The position numbers and the translations under genes are program-made. From assembly GCA_035369845.1 (NCBI GenBank), contig DAOOVD010000003.1:2244-66243 (forward strand): a stretch of DNA of 64,000 bases, in the 5' to 3' direction. The notes under the pieces were generated by a model. It ran no database searches and had not been told where the DNA came from. It was given only the letters and a program-made list of their open reading frames with translations. How positions within the stretch are numbered: position 1 is the stretch's first letter; each line of letters starts with the position of its first letter. This DNA comes from Bacillota bacterium (lineage in GTDB: Bacteria; Bacillota; Desulfotomaculia; Desulfotomaculales; Pelotomaculaceae). Below are positions 36,385 to 45,236 of the stretch, piece after piece.

Positions 36385-38073
36385 TTACCGCTTCCGCCCG
36401 TCCGGGGGCGGAGACGGTTCAAGTCCTGCCGCCTCCCGCCGCGGGTCGGTCTTGCCGATCAGCCGGGGGCGGCGCAGCATGACCCACCAGGGCGCCCGTA
36501 CGACCACGTCTTTCATGTCGCCGGCGGAGAACGGCGCCACCGGGAACAGGTAGGGATAACCGAACGAGCGCAGGGTGGCCAGGTGCGTCAAAATGGTCAG
36601 CACCCCGCAGATCACCCCGTAGAGCCCCAGAGTGCCCGCCAGCACCATCATCGGAAACCTCAAGAAGCGTATGGAGACGCTGGCGGAATAATAAAAAGTA
36701 AAGGAGGCGATACCCGTCAGGGCAACCACAATCACCGTCGAGGCGGCGATAATCCCGGCCCGCACGGCAGCCTCCCCGATGATCAGCGCGCCCACGATGC
36801 TGACTGCCTGGCCCACCTGCCGCGGCAGGCGGATACCGGCCTCCCGCAGGATCTCAAAGGCAAATTCCATGACAACCGCTTCAACGAGGGCCGGGAAGGG
36901 CACCGCCTCCCGCTGGGCGGCCAGGCTCAGCAGCAGGGCCGTGGGCAGCATCTCCTGGTGGTAGGTCACTATGGCTATATACAGTGAAGGGCCCAAAAGG
37001 GAGATGACCAGGGAAATCAGGCGGACCAACCTTACCGCCGAACTGTACACCGACCGCTCGTAGTAGTCCTCCGGATTTTGTATGGCTTCCACAAAAAACA
37101 CCGGTACGGTCAGCGCGTAGGGTGTGCCGTCCATCAGTATGGCCGCCCTCCCTTCCAGCAACTGCGCCGCCACCTTGTCCGGCCGTTCGGTGTGGTAAAC
37201 GGTGCTGAAAGGGCTCCAGGGACTGTCCTCGATCAGTTCCTCGATGTAGCCGGTTTCCAGCACGGCGTCGATTTCAATCCTGCCCAGCCTCTCCTTGACC
37301 TCGGCAACCAGCTTGTCGTTGACGATACCTTTGATATATACCACCGCCACGTCGGTTTTGGTCACCCGCCCCAGCTTCATCATCTCAATCTTCAGGTCGG
37401 GACTCTTGATCTTGCGGCGGAGCAGGGACAAATTCACCCGGATTGTTTCGACAAACGCTTCACGGGGACCCCGCACCGCCAGTTCCGTCTGGGATTCCTC
37501 CACATTCCGGCCTTCCCAGCCCCTGGAGGCGTTGATGATGGCGCTCGCGTGCCCGTCCACAAACAAAACGGTGTCCCCTGACAAAACGGCGTCTACGGCT
37601 TTACCGAGATTGTTTGTCTCCTCGATGTGTTGAATGGGCAAAAGCTTCTTTATCGTTGTCAAAGCCCGTGCCCTGGTGAGTTCCTCGTCCTGCTCCACCA
37701 GCGGGGCGTCCAGCATCAGGCTGCGCATGATCTGGGCGGTGATCTGTATTTTGTCAGCCATGCCGTCCATGTAAACTATAGCCAGTTTGATCCGCTCGTC
37801 CCCGGCGAAATAAAACTCCCTGAAGATCGCGTCGCTGCATTCGCTGAAAACCGTTTTCATCATCAGCAAATTGATCTCCAGATCCGGGCTCAATTCCCGG
37901 TCTTGGATCCCGCGGCCCGCAAATACGTCGCCTTCCCGGTGCTCCCCGGGGCCGCCGCCCTGCCCGGCAGCCGGCTTTCTGCGTCCTGGCAGGCCGGCTT
38001 TGAAGGGTTTTATAAACCTTACCAATCGAAGCGCTCCTCCAAAAGAAACAGATCTCTTAGATTTTTCCACCAC
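36385..38073 (-). CDS. Spore germination receptor A subunit (GerAA family)
   Basis: INLLMMKTVFSECSDAIFREF..VVYIKGIVNDKLV..ETGYIEELIED..RPDKVAAQLLEGRAAILMDGTP. The true start may be internal. Confidence 0.8.
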   Translation of the reverse strand: MVEKSKRSVSFGGALRLVRFIKPFKAGLPGRRKPAAGQGGGPGEHREGDVFAGRGIQDRELSPDLEINLLMMKTVFSECSDAIFREFYFAGDERIKLAIVYMDGMADKIQITAQIMRSLMLDAPLVEQDEELTRARALTTIKKLLPIQHIEETNNLGKAVDAVLSGDTVLFVDGHASAIINASRGWEGRNVEESQTELAVRGPREAFVETIRVNLSLLRRKIKSPDLKIEMMKLGRVTKTDVAVVYIKGIVNDKLVAEVKERLGRIEIDAVLETGYIEELIEDSPWSPFSTVYHTERPDKVAAQLLEGRAAILMDGTPYALTVPVFFVEAIQNPEDYYERSVYSSAVRLVRLISLVISLLGPSLYIAIVTYHQEMLPTALLLSLAAQREAVPFPALVEAVVMEFAFEILREAGIRLPRQVGQAVSIVGALIIGEAAVRAGIIAASTVIVVALTGIASFTFYYSASVSIRFLRFPMMVLAGTLGLYGVICGVLTILTHLATLRSFGYPYLFPVAPFSAGDMKDVVVRAPWWVMLRRPRLIGKTDPRREAAGLEPSPPPDGRKR

Positions 38074-38134
38074 GCTTATTATTTCTCTGTTTTAACACGA
38101 TATACCCGCCGGGAACAATCTTGTGCGCTGCAAG

Positions 38135-38170
38135 AAAAAACCCGTATCAAGACCTTCCTTTTGATACGGG
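38135..38170 (-). terminator. Intrinsic terminator hairpin with U-tract (the distal copy of a duplicated hairpin downstream of leuS)
   Basis: Minus strand reads CCCGTATCAAA-AGGAAGGT-CTTGATACGGG followed by TTTTTT. Confidence 0.65.
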
Positions 38171-38173
38171 TGA

Positions 38174-38535
38174 GGTTGTTGACAAAGTAGAACCTTGAGG
38201 TTGAAACGCTCGCTCAGATGCTTAGCGTCAAGTGAGCCAGGGCAGTGCCCTGTCACCGCTCACTCCCGGTGCTTCGCGCCGGCGGCACTTGCTGCTTGCA
38301 TCGGGCGAAACCGGGCGCCTTTAACTCGCCTTCCCGGCTCGGTTCAGGCTGGCGCGGACGTCCGTGTCCGCGCCCCCGGTTTCGCAGCCTCGCTGCGCAA
38401 AGTGCTGCTGCGGCGCTTTCGCAATGTCGTTCGCCGCTGACAAAGGCGCTGCCCGCCCGCGCGGGGTTGCAGATTGTGCTGCGCAATATCGCTCGCTTCC
38501 TTCAACCCCAAGGTCCCGAACAGTTTGTCGGCAGT
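38174..38535. repeat. MITE-like fold-back element, copy 1 (362 bp, GC-rich, imperfect terminal inverted repeats)
   Basis: Left end is ggttgttgacaaagtagaaccttgaggttgaaacgctcgc. The right end reverse-complements to gccgacaaactgttcgggaccttggggttgaaggaagcgagc. The core tcggttcaggctggcgcggacgtccgtgtccgc is shared with copy 2. Confidence 0.65.
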
Positions 38536-38539
38536 CCGA

Positions 38540-38569
38540 CCCGTATCAAGGACTTGCTCTTGATACGGG
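38540..38569. repeat. Second copy of the leuS-downstream hairpin (no U-tract)
   Basis: cccgtatcaag-gacttgct-cttgatacggg has the same stem as 38141-38170 with a different loop. Confidence 0.8.
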
Positions 38570-38694
38570 TCAAACCTTTCATCTCCGGACTTTAAATGTC
38601 TAAAGCGTTTTTTCTGACTTGCGGATTTAATAACAACCTGAGGAACATCCTGTGTCCGGTCGATCACTTTCCTCCGGGCAGAAGACCGTCGGCA

Positions 38695-41196
38695 TCATTT
38701 CACCACAATATTTACCAGCTTGCCCGGAACCGCAATCGTTTTCACTATCTTTTTCCCCTCGGTAAGCCGGATCACCCTCGGTTCCTTCATCACCGCCTCC
38801 TGCATCTCCTGCGCCGACAGTCCCGCTTTGACCAGCAACCTGTCGCGGACTCTGCCGTTTATCTGAACCACGATGGTTATCTCGTCCTCCGCTATGGCGT
38901 CGGGATCGCAGGCGGGCCACGGCTGCAGGTGAATGCTTCCGCTGTGGCCGGAGGCTTCCCAGATTTCTTCGGTAATGTGGGGCGCAAAGGGAGCCAGCAG
39001 CAGCAGCATGCTGTCGACCGCCTCCCGCAAAACGGCCGGGTCGCGGTCGCTTTCGGGAACTTCCCTGAACTGGTAGAGGGCGTTGACCAGTTCCATTATG
39101 GCGCTGATGGCGGTGTTGAAGTTGAAACGGCTGCCTATATCCTCAGTCACTTTCTTGATAGTGCTGTGGGTGATTCTCCGCATCTCCCGGTTTACTCCCA
39201 CCAGATCGCGGGAAATCTTTTCAGGTGCCTTCCGCAGCACATCCACCAGCGGAACAACCAGGCGCCAGACCCTGTTCAGGAAGCGATAGCACCCTTCAAC
39301 ACCCTGGTCGCTCCATTCCAGATCGCGCTCCGGAGGGGCGGCGAAAAGGATGAAAAGTCTGGCGGTGTCTGCGCCGTAGCGGGCAACAATATCCTCGGGG
39401 CTCACCACGTTGCCCCTCGACTTGGACATCTTGGCGCCGTCTTTCAGCACCATGCCCTGTGTCAGAAGATTCGTAAAGGGTTCCCGGCAGTTGACCAGAT
39501 TGAGATCGTAAAGAACCTTGGTGAAGAACCGGGAATACAGCAGGTGCAGTATGGCGTGCTCCACGCCCCCGATGTACTGGTCCACAGGCATCCAGTAACC
39601 GGCCTTGTTCATGTCCCAGGGCCCCTCTTTTTCACGGGGGCTGGTATACCTGTAATAATACCAGGAAGAGCACATGAACGTGTCCATGGTGTCCGTTTCC
39701 GCCTTGCCGGGCCCGCCGCAGCTCGGGCAGACGGTGTGGACGAATTCCGGACATTCCGCGAGAGGCGAGCGTCCCGTCGGCTTAAATTCCACATCCATGG
39801 GGAGCAGCACCGGCAAGTCGGATTCCGGAACCGGTACGATGCCGCAGTTGTCGCAGTACACAATGGGTATCGGCGCCCCCCAGTAGCGCTGGCGGGAAAT
39901 CAGCCAGTCCCTCAGGCGGTACGTCACCCGGAACCTGCCCTGTCCCCTTTCCTCGAGGTGGGAAGTGATCGCCTTCATGGCCTTCACATTGGGCATGCCG
40001 TTGAAGCGGCCGGAATTGACAAGCACGCCTTCTCCCTCGTAGGCTTCCTGCATGGTGGCGGGATCGAGTCCGGCTCCCGGCGGCTGGATGACGACGCGGA
40101 CCGGGTAGCCGTACTTCCGGGCGAATTCAAAGTCCCGCTGGTCGTGGGCGGGTACTCCCATCACGCAGCCGGTGCCGTACTCCAGCAGCACGTAATTGGC
40201 CACGAGAACGGGCACCCGTTCCCCGGTCAGGGGGTTGATGCAGTACGCCCCGGTCGGCAGGCCGACCTTTTCCGCCTCCGTCGAGGTGCGGTCGATTTCA
40301 CTCAGCTTTCTGACCGACCGGACAAACTCCTTGATTTCTTCCTCCCGGTCGGTGCCGCTGATCAGTTTTTCCACCAGCGGGTGCTCCGGAGCCAGGACCA
40401 TGTAGGTCACGCCGAAAACCGTGTCCGGCCGCGTGGTGTAAACGGTGATCACGTCGTCGGAACCGGCCACCTTAAAATCTATTTCCGCGCCTTCACTGCG
40501 GCCGATCCAGTTTTCCTGCATGATCTTGACCTTCTCGGGCCATCCGTCCAAAAGTTCGAGATCATTCAACAGCCGCTCGGCGTAATCAGTAATTTTGAAA
40601 AACCACTGATCGAGTTCCCGCTTCTCCACCTGGGCCTTGCAGCGCTCGCAGCTCCCGTCTTTCAATACCTGCTCGTTTGCCAGAACGGTGGCGCACCCGG
40701 GGCACCAGTTCACCGCCGCCCGCTTTTTGTAAGCCAGTCCGTTATGAAAAAGTTGCAGAAACAGCCACTCCGTCCAGCGGTAATACTCGTGGTGGCATGT
40801 TGCGATTTCCCTTTTCCAGTCATAGCTGATGCCGAGTTGTTTCAACTGGGCGCGCATGTTGTTTATGTTTTCATAGGTCCAGTCCGCGGGGTGAATGCCG
40901 TGTTTGATGGCGGCGTTTTCAGCCGGAAGACCGAAGGCGTCCCAGCCCATCGGGTGGAGGACGTGATAACCCTGCATGGTCTTGAAGCGGGCCACCACAT
41001 CGCCGATGGAGTAATTTCTGACGTGCCCCATGTGAAGTTTCCCCGAAGGATACGGGAACATCTCAAGGCAATAATACTTGGGACGGTCGGAAAAATCGGG
41101 AACAGCGTAAATGTCGTCCTCCTCCCAGCGGGCTTGCCATTTTTCTTCCAGTTCTTTGAAATCATACCTTTCTTTCATGTTATCGCCCCTTATCAA
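38695..41196 (-). CDS. leuS: Leucine--tRNA ligase
   Basis: 833 aa. [16 protein letters not shown] (HIGH) and KMSKSRGN (KMSKS). Confidence 0.95.
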   Translation of the reverse strand: MIRGDNMKERYDFKELEEKWQARWEEDDIYAVPDFSDRPKYYCLEMFPYPSGKLHMGHVRNYSIGDVVARFKTMQGYHVLHPMGWDAFGLPAENAAIKHGIHPADWTYENINNMRAQLKQLGISYDWKREIATCHHEYYRWTEWLFLQLFHNGLAYKKRAAVNWCPGCATVLANEQVLKDGSCERCKAQVEKRELDQWFFKITDYAERLLNDLELLDGWPEKVKIMQENWIGRSEGAEIDFKVAGSDDVITVYTTRPDTVFGVTYMVLAPEHPLVEKLISGTDREEEIKEFVRSVRKLSEIDRTSTEAEKVGLPTGAYCINPLTGERVPVLVANYVLLEYGTGCVMGVPAHDQRDFEFARKYGYPVRVVIQPPGAGLDPATMQEAYEGEGVLVNSGRFNGMPNVKAMKAITSHLEERGQGRFRVTYRLRDWLISRQRYWGAPIPIVYCDNCGIVPVPESDLPVLLPMDVEFKPTGRSPLAECPEFVHTVCPSCGGPGKAETDTMDTFMCSSWYYYRYTSPREKEGPWDMNKAGYWMPVDQYIGGVEHAILHLLYSRFFTKVLYDLNLVNCREPFTNLLTQGMVLKDGAKMSKSRGNVVSPEDIVARYGADTARLFILFAAPPERDLEWSDQGVEGCYRFLNRVWRLVVPLVDVLRKAPEKISRDLVGVNREMRRITHSTIKKVTEDIGSRFNFNTAISAIMELVNALYQFREVPESDRDPAVLREAVDSMLLLLAPFAPHITEEIWEASGHSGSIHLQPWPACDPDAIAEDEITIVVQINGRVRDRLLVKAGLSAQEMQEAVMKEPRVIRLTEGKKIVKTIAVPGKLVNIVVK

Positions 41197-41311
41197 CCAA
41201 ACCGCATTACAGGCGCAAGCACAAGGCGCTTTTCATACAGCGCCCCTGCCACTAGAAAATTTTATCATATAAAACCCGCCGTCACAAGCCGGGCAGGCCC
41301 GGCTTCTACAA

Positions 41312-42976
41312 TCAGGCGGTCTCGATCTTCGCCGCCTCCTGGAGGCCCAGCATCTCGATCGCCATCTCGCGCAGCTTGTACTTCTGGATCTTTCCGCTTG
41401 CGGTGCACGGATAACTGTCGACAAAAGCGACGTATTCGGGAATCTTGAAGTGGGCAATCTTGCCTTTGCAATATGCCTTGATCTCATCCGGAGTAACGGC
41501 GGCGCCTTCCTTCAACTGGATGAAGGCCATTACCTCCTCGCCGTACCTGACGCTCGGCACGCCCACCACCTGGACGTCCTTGACGGCCGGGTGGGTATAG
41601 AGAAATTCCTCTATTTCCCTCGGGTAAACGTTCTCCCCGCCGCGGATGATCATATCTTTCAAGCGGCCGGTGATCTTGCAGTAGCCGTTTTCATCCATCG
41701 TGGCCAGGTCGCCGGTGTGCAGCCAGCCGTCCTTGTCGATGGCCGCCGCCGTCGCCTCAGGCATTTTGTAATATCCTTTCATCACGTTGTAGCCCCGGGC
41801 GCAGAGTTCGCCCTGCACGCCGGGCGGCACTTCCCGGCCGGTTTCCGGGTCTACGATTTTCACCTCTACGCCGGGCACCGCCCGGCCTACGGTAGTAACC
41901 CTCAGTTCAAGCGGCTCGTCCGTCCTGGTCATGGTAATCGCGGGAGAGGATTCGGTCTGTCCGTAGGTAATGGTTATTTCTCCGGCGCCCATAATATCTA
42001 CAACCTTTTTCATCACCTCGATGGGACATGGAGACCCCGCCATAACTCCCGTGCGAAGGGAAGATGTATCGTATTTTTTCTTCTCCATTTCCTCCAATTC
42101 CATTATAAACATGGTGGGAACTCCGTGAACAGCCGTGCAGCGCTCTTTTTCAACCGTCTCCAGCACTTTCCTCGGATCAAATGTTTCAACCGGAACCATA
42201 GCTGCCCCCGAAACAACACAGCACATGGTGCCGATGACGCATCCGAAACAGTGGAAAAAAGGCACCGGAATACACAACCTGTCGGTAGGACCGAGGTTCA
42301 TGCATTCCGCCATACCGCAGCCATTGCCGATAAGATTGTGATGTGTTAGCATGACTCCTTTCGGAAAGCCTGTGGTGCCGGAAGTATACTGCATATTGAC
42401 CACGTCGTCGGGCCCGAGAACGGCCCGGCGGGCGGCAAGTTCGCTGTCCGGCACTTCTTGACCCATACTCATAACCTCATCCCAGGTGAACATGCCGGGA
42501 TAGCGTTTGTCTCCGAGAAAGATCACGTTTCTCAAAAGGGGCAGCCTTTCCGACTTCAGCCGGCCGGGTTCGCAGTCTTTCAACTCCGGGCACAGTTCAT
42601 AAATCATTCCTATGTAATCGGAATTCTTCGTTCCTTCGATCAATAAAAGAGTGGTCGAATCAGACTGCCTCAAAAGGTACTCGAGTTCGAACACCTTGTA
42701 GTTGGTGTTTACCGTTACGAGCACAGCCCCCGCCCGCGGGCTGCCGAACTGGGTAATCACCCACTCGGGCACGTTGGTCGCCCAGATGGCGATGTGCTCC
42801 CCTTTTTTGATCCCCAGTTTCAAAAGCCCCTTTGCCAGCCGGTCGCAAACTTCCCGGAACTCCCTGTAGGAATAGCGCAAGCCCCGGTCGGGGTAAACAA
42901 GGGCGTCGTTGTCGGGATAGGACTCCGCTATACGATCGACAAGCTCTCCTATAGTTATCTTCCCAAAATCTTTCAT
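41312..42976 (-). CDS. AMP-dependent synthetase/ligase (acyl-CoA ligase family)
   Basis: MQYTSGTTGFPKGVMLTH, YGQTE, GWLHTGD, RLKDMIIRGGENVYP. ATG 42976 lies 7 nt after GGGAGGG. The track ORF starts at TTG 43036, inside the leader. Confidence 0.85.
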   Translation of the reverse strand: MKDFGKITIGELVDRIAESYPDNDALVYPDRGLRYSYREFREVCDRLAKGLLKLGIKKGEHIAIWATNVPEWVITQFGSPRAGAVLVTVNTNYKVFELEYLLRQSDSTTLLLIEGTKNSDYIGMIYELCPELKDCEPGRLKSERLPLLRNVIFLGDKRYPGMFTWDEVMSMGQEVPDSELAARRAVLGPDDVVNMQYTSGTTGFPKGVMLTHHNLIGNGCGMAECMNLGPTDRLCIPVPFFHCFGCVIGTMCCVVSGAAMVPVETFDPRKVLETVEKERCTAVHGVPTMFIMELEEMEKKKYDTSSLRTGVMAGSPCPIEVMKKVVDIMGAGEITITYGQTESSPAITMTRTDEPLELRVTTVGRAVPGVEVKIVDPETGREVPPGVQGELCARGYNVMKGYYKMPEATAAAIDKDGWLHTGDLATMDENGYCKITGRLKDMIIRGGENVYPREIEEFLYTHPAVKDVQVVGVPSVRYGEEVMAFIQLKEGAAVTPDEIKAYCKGKIAHFKIPEYVAFVDSYPCTASGKIQKYKLREMAIEMLGLQEAAKIETA

Positions 42977-43037
42977 AAATTTTCCCTCCCACAAAAAAAT
43001 AGCATTATTTTTATCGACATCATGGACGGTTAACAAT

Positions 43038-43364
43038 AAAAAACCCCCCGCCCCTGTTTATACAGGGACGAGAGGTTGTTTCCCGCGGTACCACCCTTCT
43101 TGGCAAAAAACTTTTGGTGGAGCTGGCGGGGATTGAACCCGCGTCCTCTTCCATGCCAAGGAAGCGCGCTCCCACTGCGCCACAGCCCCATCGTCTGCCC
43201 TCTTTGTCGCGGTAACGGCGCGTCCGGCCTGAAGTAATTTGTTTTTCCTCCAGACAGCTCTAAGGCGAGCTTCAACAGCCTCGCCCGCCGCCTCGCACCC
43301 GTACGGCGGCTCTCTTCAGAGCTGCGCTGTTTACTACTCCTCGTCATTGCCTCGGATTAAACTG
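43038..43364 (-). promoter_or_regulatory. T-box riboswitch leader (Stem I, antiterminator/T-box, terminator) with a tRNA gene embedded in it
   Basis: Read on the minus strand. The Stem I-like region has GCAATGACGAGGAGTAGTA, an AGAGAG bulge and a GGGTGCGA distal loop. T-box core AGGGTGGTACCGCG lies at 43084-43097, with ..CGTCCC antiterminator closure. A 14-bp terminator (CCTCTCGTCCCTGT/ACAGGGGCGGGGGG) plus T6 lies at 43038-43075. Confidence 0.7.
43115..43189 (-). tRNA. tRNA-Ala (anticodon GGC), CCA encoded
   Basis: Hand-folded cloverleaf. Acceptor GGGGCUG/CAGCUCC with G3:U70. D arm GCGC-AGUGGGA-GCGC. Anticodon arm CUUCC-UUGGCAU-GGAAG. T arm GCGGG-UUCAAUC-CCCGC. A73-CCA at the 3' end. Confidence 0.9.
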
Positions 43365-43370
43365 AAATCT

Positions 43371-43399
43371 ATTATAAATTATTAGTTTTTATATGTCAA
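43371..43399 (-). promoter_or_regulatory. Consensus sigma-A promoter driving the T-box/tRNA leader
   Basis: Minus strand has TTGACA (43399-43394), a 17-nt spacer and TATAAT (43376-43371). Confidence 0.75.
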
Positions 43400-43425
43400 C
43401 ACTGCCGCCTGCAATCGGGCCCAAT

Positions 43426-43788
43426 TTATATATTCACCGGTACCCCCACTACCCTGGCGTCTCCCCACAGGCGTTCGAGGTTGTAAAACTGCCGCTCGGC
43501 CTCCTGGAAGACATGAACAACAACATCACCGTAATCCACCAGCACCCAGCCGCCCTCCCGGAAACCCTCCCGGCGCAGGGCGAAGACGCCTTCCTCCTCA
43601 AGCTTCTCAATGATATTTCCAACAATCGCCTGCACCTGTGCCCTGGAGCGGCCGCTGCAGATTATGAAGTAGTCGGCCACGATGGATACTTTTCGAATGT
43701 CGAGAACGGTGATATCCAAAGCCTTTTTGTCTTCCGCCGCCTTTACGGCGACATTTACCACTGCCTGTGGACTTAGGGACAATGCCAC
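43426..43788 (-). CDS. rsfS: Ribosome silencing factor RsfS
   Basis: ALDITVLDIRKVSIVADYFIICSGRSRAQVQAI..WVLVDYGDVVVHVFQEAERQFYNLERLW. Confidence 0.9.
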   Translation of the reverse strand: MALSLSPQAVVNVAVKAAEDKKALDITVLDIRKVSIVADYFIICSGRSRAQVQAIVGNIIEKLEEEGVFALRREGFREGGWVLVDYGDVVVHVFQEAERQFYNLERLWGDARVVGVPVNI

Positions 43789-44086
43789 TCCCCCTTTGGT
43801 TTTTAAATACTTTATTCTATTTTATCCATGCCGGTTCCTTCTGTCAAAAAACACGAAAGACATCTTCACCGTCCCGGAGAAAAGGGGACTGTCCCTCCCG
43901 GATTGCCAAATACGGGAAAGAAAAGTCCCCTCAAATTCAGCAAAAAATTTTTAGCGCCTCAAGCTTTCGATTCCTTCCGCCCGGATACCGCGCAAGAACC
44001 GGGAACCGGACTACCCGCATTCGGGACATCACACTTCATATCGCAACTTTACTGAAGCGTCGGGCAAAACCCCCTGAGCTTAAAGA

Positions 44087-44350
44087 TCAGGCGTTCCTCT
44101 GGTTTTCCCTCGGTTTCGCTTCGTTTACCGTAATAACCCTGCCGTTCAGTTCGGTGCCGTTCATTGCGGCAATCATGGCGTCGGCGTCCTCGTCCCTGAC
44201 CTCAACAAAGCCAAAACCGCGGGACCGGCCGGTTTCGCGATCAGTAATAACGCGGCTACTCAAAACTTCTCCATACGCCGAAAAAGCATCGGTAAGATCT
44301 TCGGCTTTAGTAGCCCACGGTAAGTTTCCTACATACAAAGTGCGCGCCAT
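44087..44350 (-). CDS. RRM-type RNA-binding protein
   Basis: RNP-2 LYVGNL and RNP-1 RGFGFVEV. Confidence 0.85.
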   Translation of the reverse strand: MARTLYVGNLPWATKAEDLTDAFSAYGEVLSSRVITDRETGRSRGFGFVEVRDEDADAMIAAMNGTELNGRVITVNEAKPRENQRNA

Positions 44351-44455
44351 TCACCAATCACCTCTTTCCCCCCAAAAAACTTTTCGCTTTTCGCTATTAT
44401 TTGCAAAAAGCTTTATCCTAATACAATCTTAACCAAGCTAAGATTTTTCCAAATT

Positions 44456-45088
44456 TCATCCCCTATAAAGACCGTTTCTCACAATGTAGTCTTCCACGGA
44501 TTCGGGAATAAGGTACTTTATAGGTCTCCCCTCCCGCACGCGGCGCCTGATGTCGGTGGAAGAAACGGCAAGCGCCGGCACTTCCATGCAAAAAATGTTT
44601 TGCCTTAAACCGGGGGAAAGTCTCCTCAGCACTTCCCACAGCCCTTCAAGCTTATAACCGGGCCGGGTCGCCGCGATAAATTTACACTCCGTCAACAATT
44701 GCTCGACGTTTTTCCAGGTGAGTATTTCCATCACGGCATCGGCGCCTGTAATGAAATATATTTCCGTATGCGGGTAAACGCGGGAAACCTCTCTCACCGT
44801 ATCTATCGAATACGATGGTCCCGGCCGATCTATCTCCAAAGGCAAAGCTTCGAAAAAAGGGTTGGAGGCGATTGCAAGACAGGTCATATTATAGCGGTGC
44901 TTTGGCTCCGTGATATTATAATTCAGCTTGTGGGGCGGCCGGCCGGCTGGTACGAAGATTACCTTCCGCAAACCGTGTTCAAACCTGGCGCCTTCAGCAG
45001 TTACCAGATGTCCGTAGTGAACCGGATCAAATGTACCACCCATTATGCCCAGGCGACCCATTTCTTGCTTTTCCGTTTTCATAAGCAA
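44456..45088 (-). CDS. nadD: Nicotinate-nucleotide adenylyltransferase
   Basis: GIMGGTFDPVHYGHL, plus SSTDIRRRV near the C-terminus. The start may be the internal ATG (MGRLGIMGG). Confidence 0.9.
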   Translation of the reverse strand: MLMKTEKQEMGRLGIMGGTFDPVHYGHLVTAEGARFEHGLRKVIFVPAGRPPHKLNYNITEPKHRYNMTCLAIASNPFFEALPLEIDRPGPSYSIDTVREVSRVYPHTEIYFITGADAVMEILTWKNVEQLLTECKFIAATRPGYKLEGLWEVLRRLSPGLRQNIFCMEVPALAVSSTDIRRRVREGRPIKYLIPESVEDYIVRNGLYRG

Positions 45089-45236
45089 ATTTTACATTTT
45101 TATTCCTGGAAAAGCAAGAAAAAGCTTTCCTGTTGCGATAACTGCACCCCCCTTGCCTTTTTAATCGACAACTCCAGCGGGCTTGCGTTGCAAGCTCCGG
45201 TTATCCCGCTCATTTCGAAGTCCCGCATATTTTGCG

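Noticed and set aside
35558-36553. 331-aa plus-strand ORF. The same pattern occurs at 13148-13777, 23936-24799, 41450-42349, 47034-47783, 49276-50013, 55877-56638, 59420-60391 and 61776-62729.
   Set aside because: All lie antisense to confidently identified genes (gerAB, recD-like, DUF169, AMP-ligase, obg, rng, spoIVFB, minD, pbp2). Their compositions are skewed and they have no motifs.
41197-41311. Expected leuS-specific T-box leader directly upstream of leuS
   Set aside because: The 115-nt spacer has no GGGTGGTACCGCG-like sequence and no terminator/antiterminator pair. It contains only small hairpins.
38596-41448. 950-aa plus-strand ORF, the longest in the window
   Set aside because: It lies exactly antisense to leuS, which has clear HIGH and KMSKS motifs on the minus strand. 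Its composition is Arg/Pro/Gly/His-rich with no motif. This is a typical antisense open frame in a GC-rich gene.
43115-43189. First impression of a tmRNA (ssrA) 3' end, because of GGGTTCAATCCCCGCCAGCTCCACCA and G3:U70
   Set aside because: The 75 nt fold into a complete cloverleaf with a normal anticodon arm (GGC). No tag-peptide reading frame or pseudoknot region is needed. It is an ordinary tRNA-Ala.
43030-43347. 105-aa minus-strand ORF covering the leader region
   Set aside because: It overlaps a perfect tRNA cloverleaf and the T-box/terminator. It is Arg/Gly-rich with no RBS. The RNA features explain the region better.
45089-45236. Absence of proA next to proB, and of yqeK next to nadD, as a possible deletion scar
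   Set aside because: The spacer is short and featureless. Gene order in this neighbourhood varies widely among Firmicutes, so absence alone is uninformative without the whole genome.
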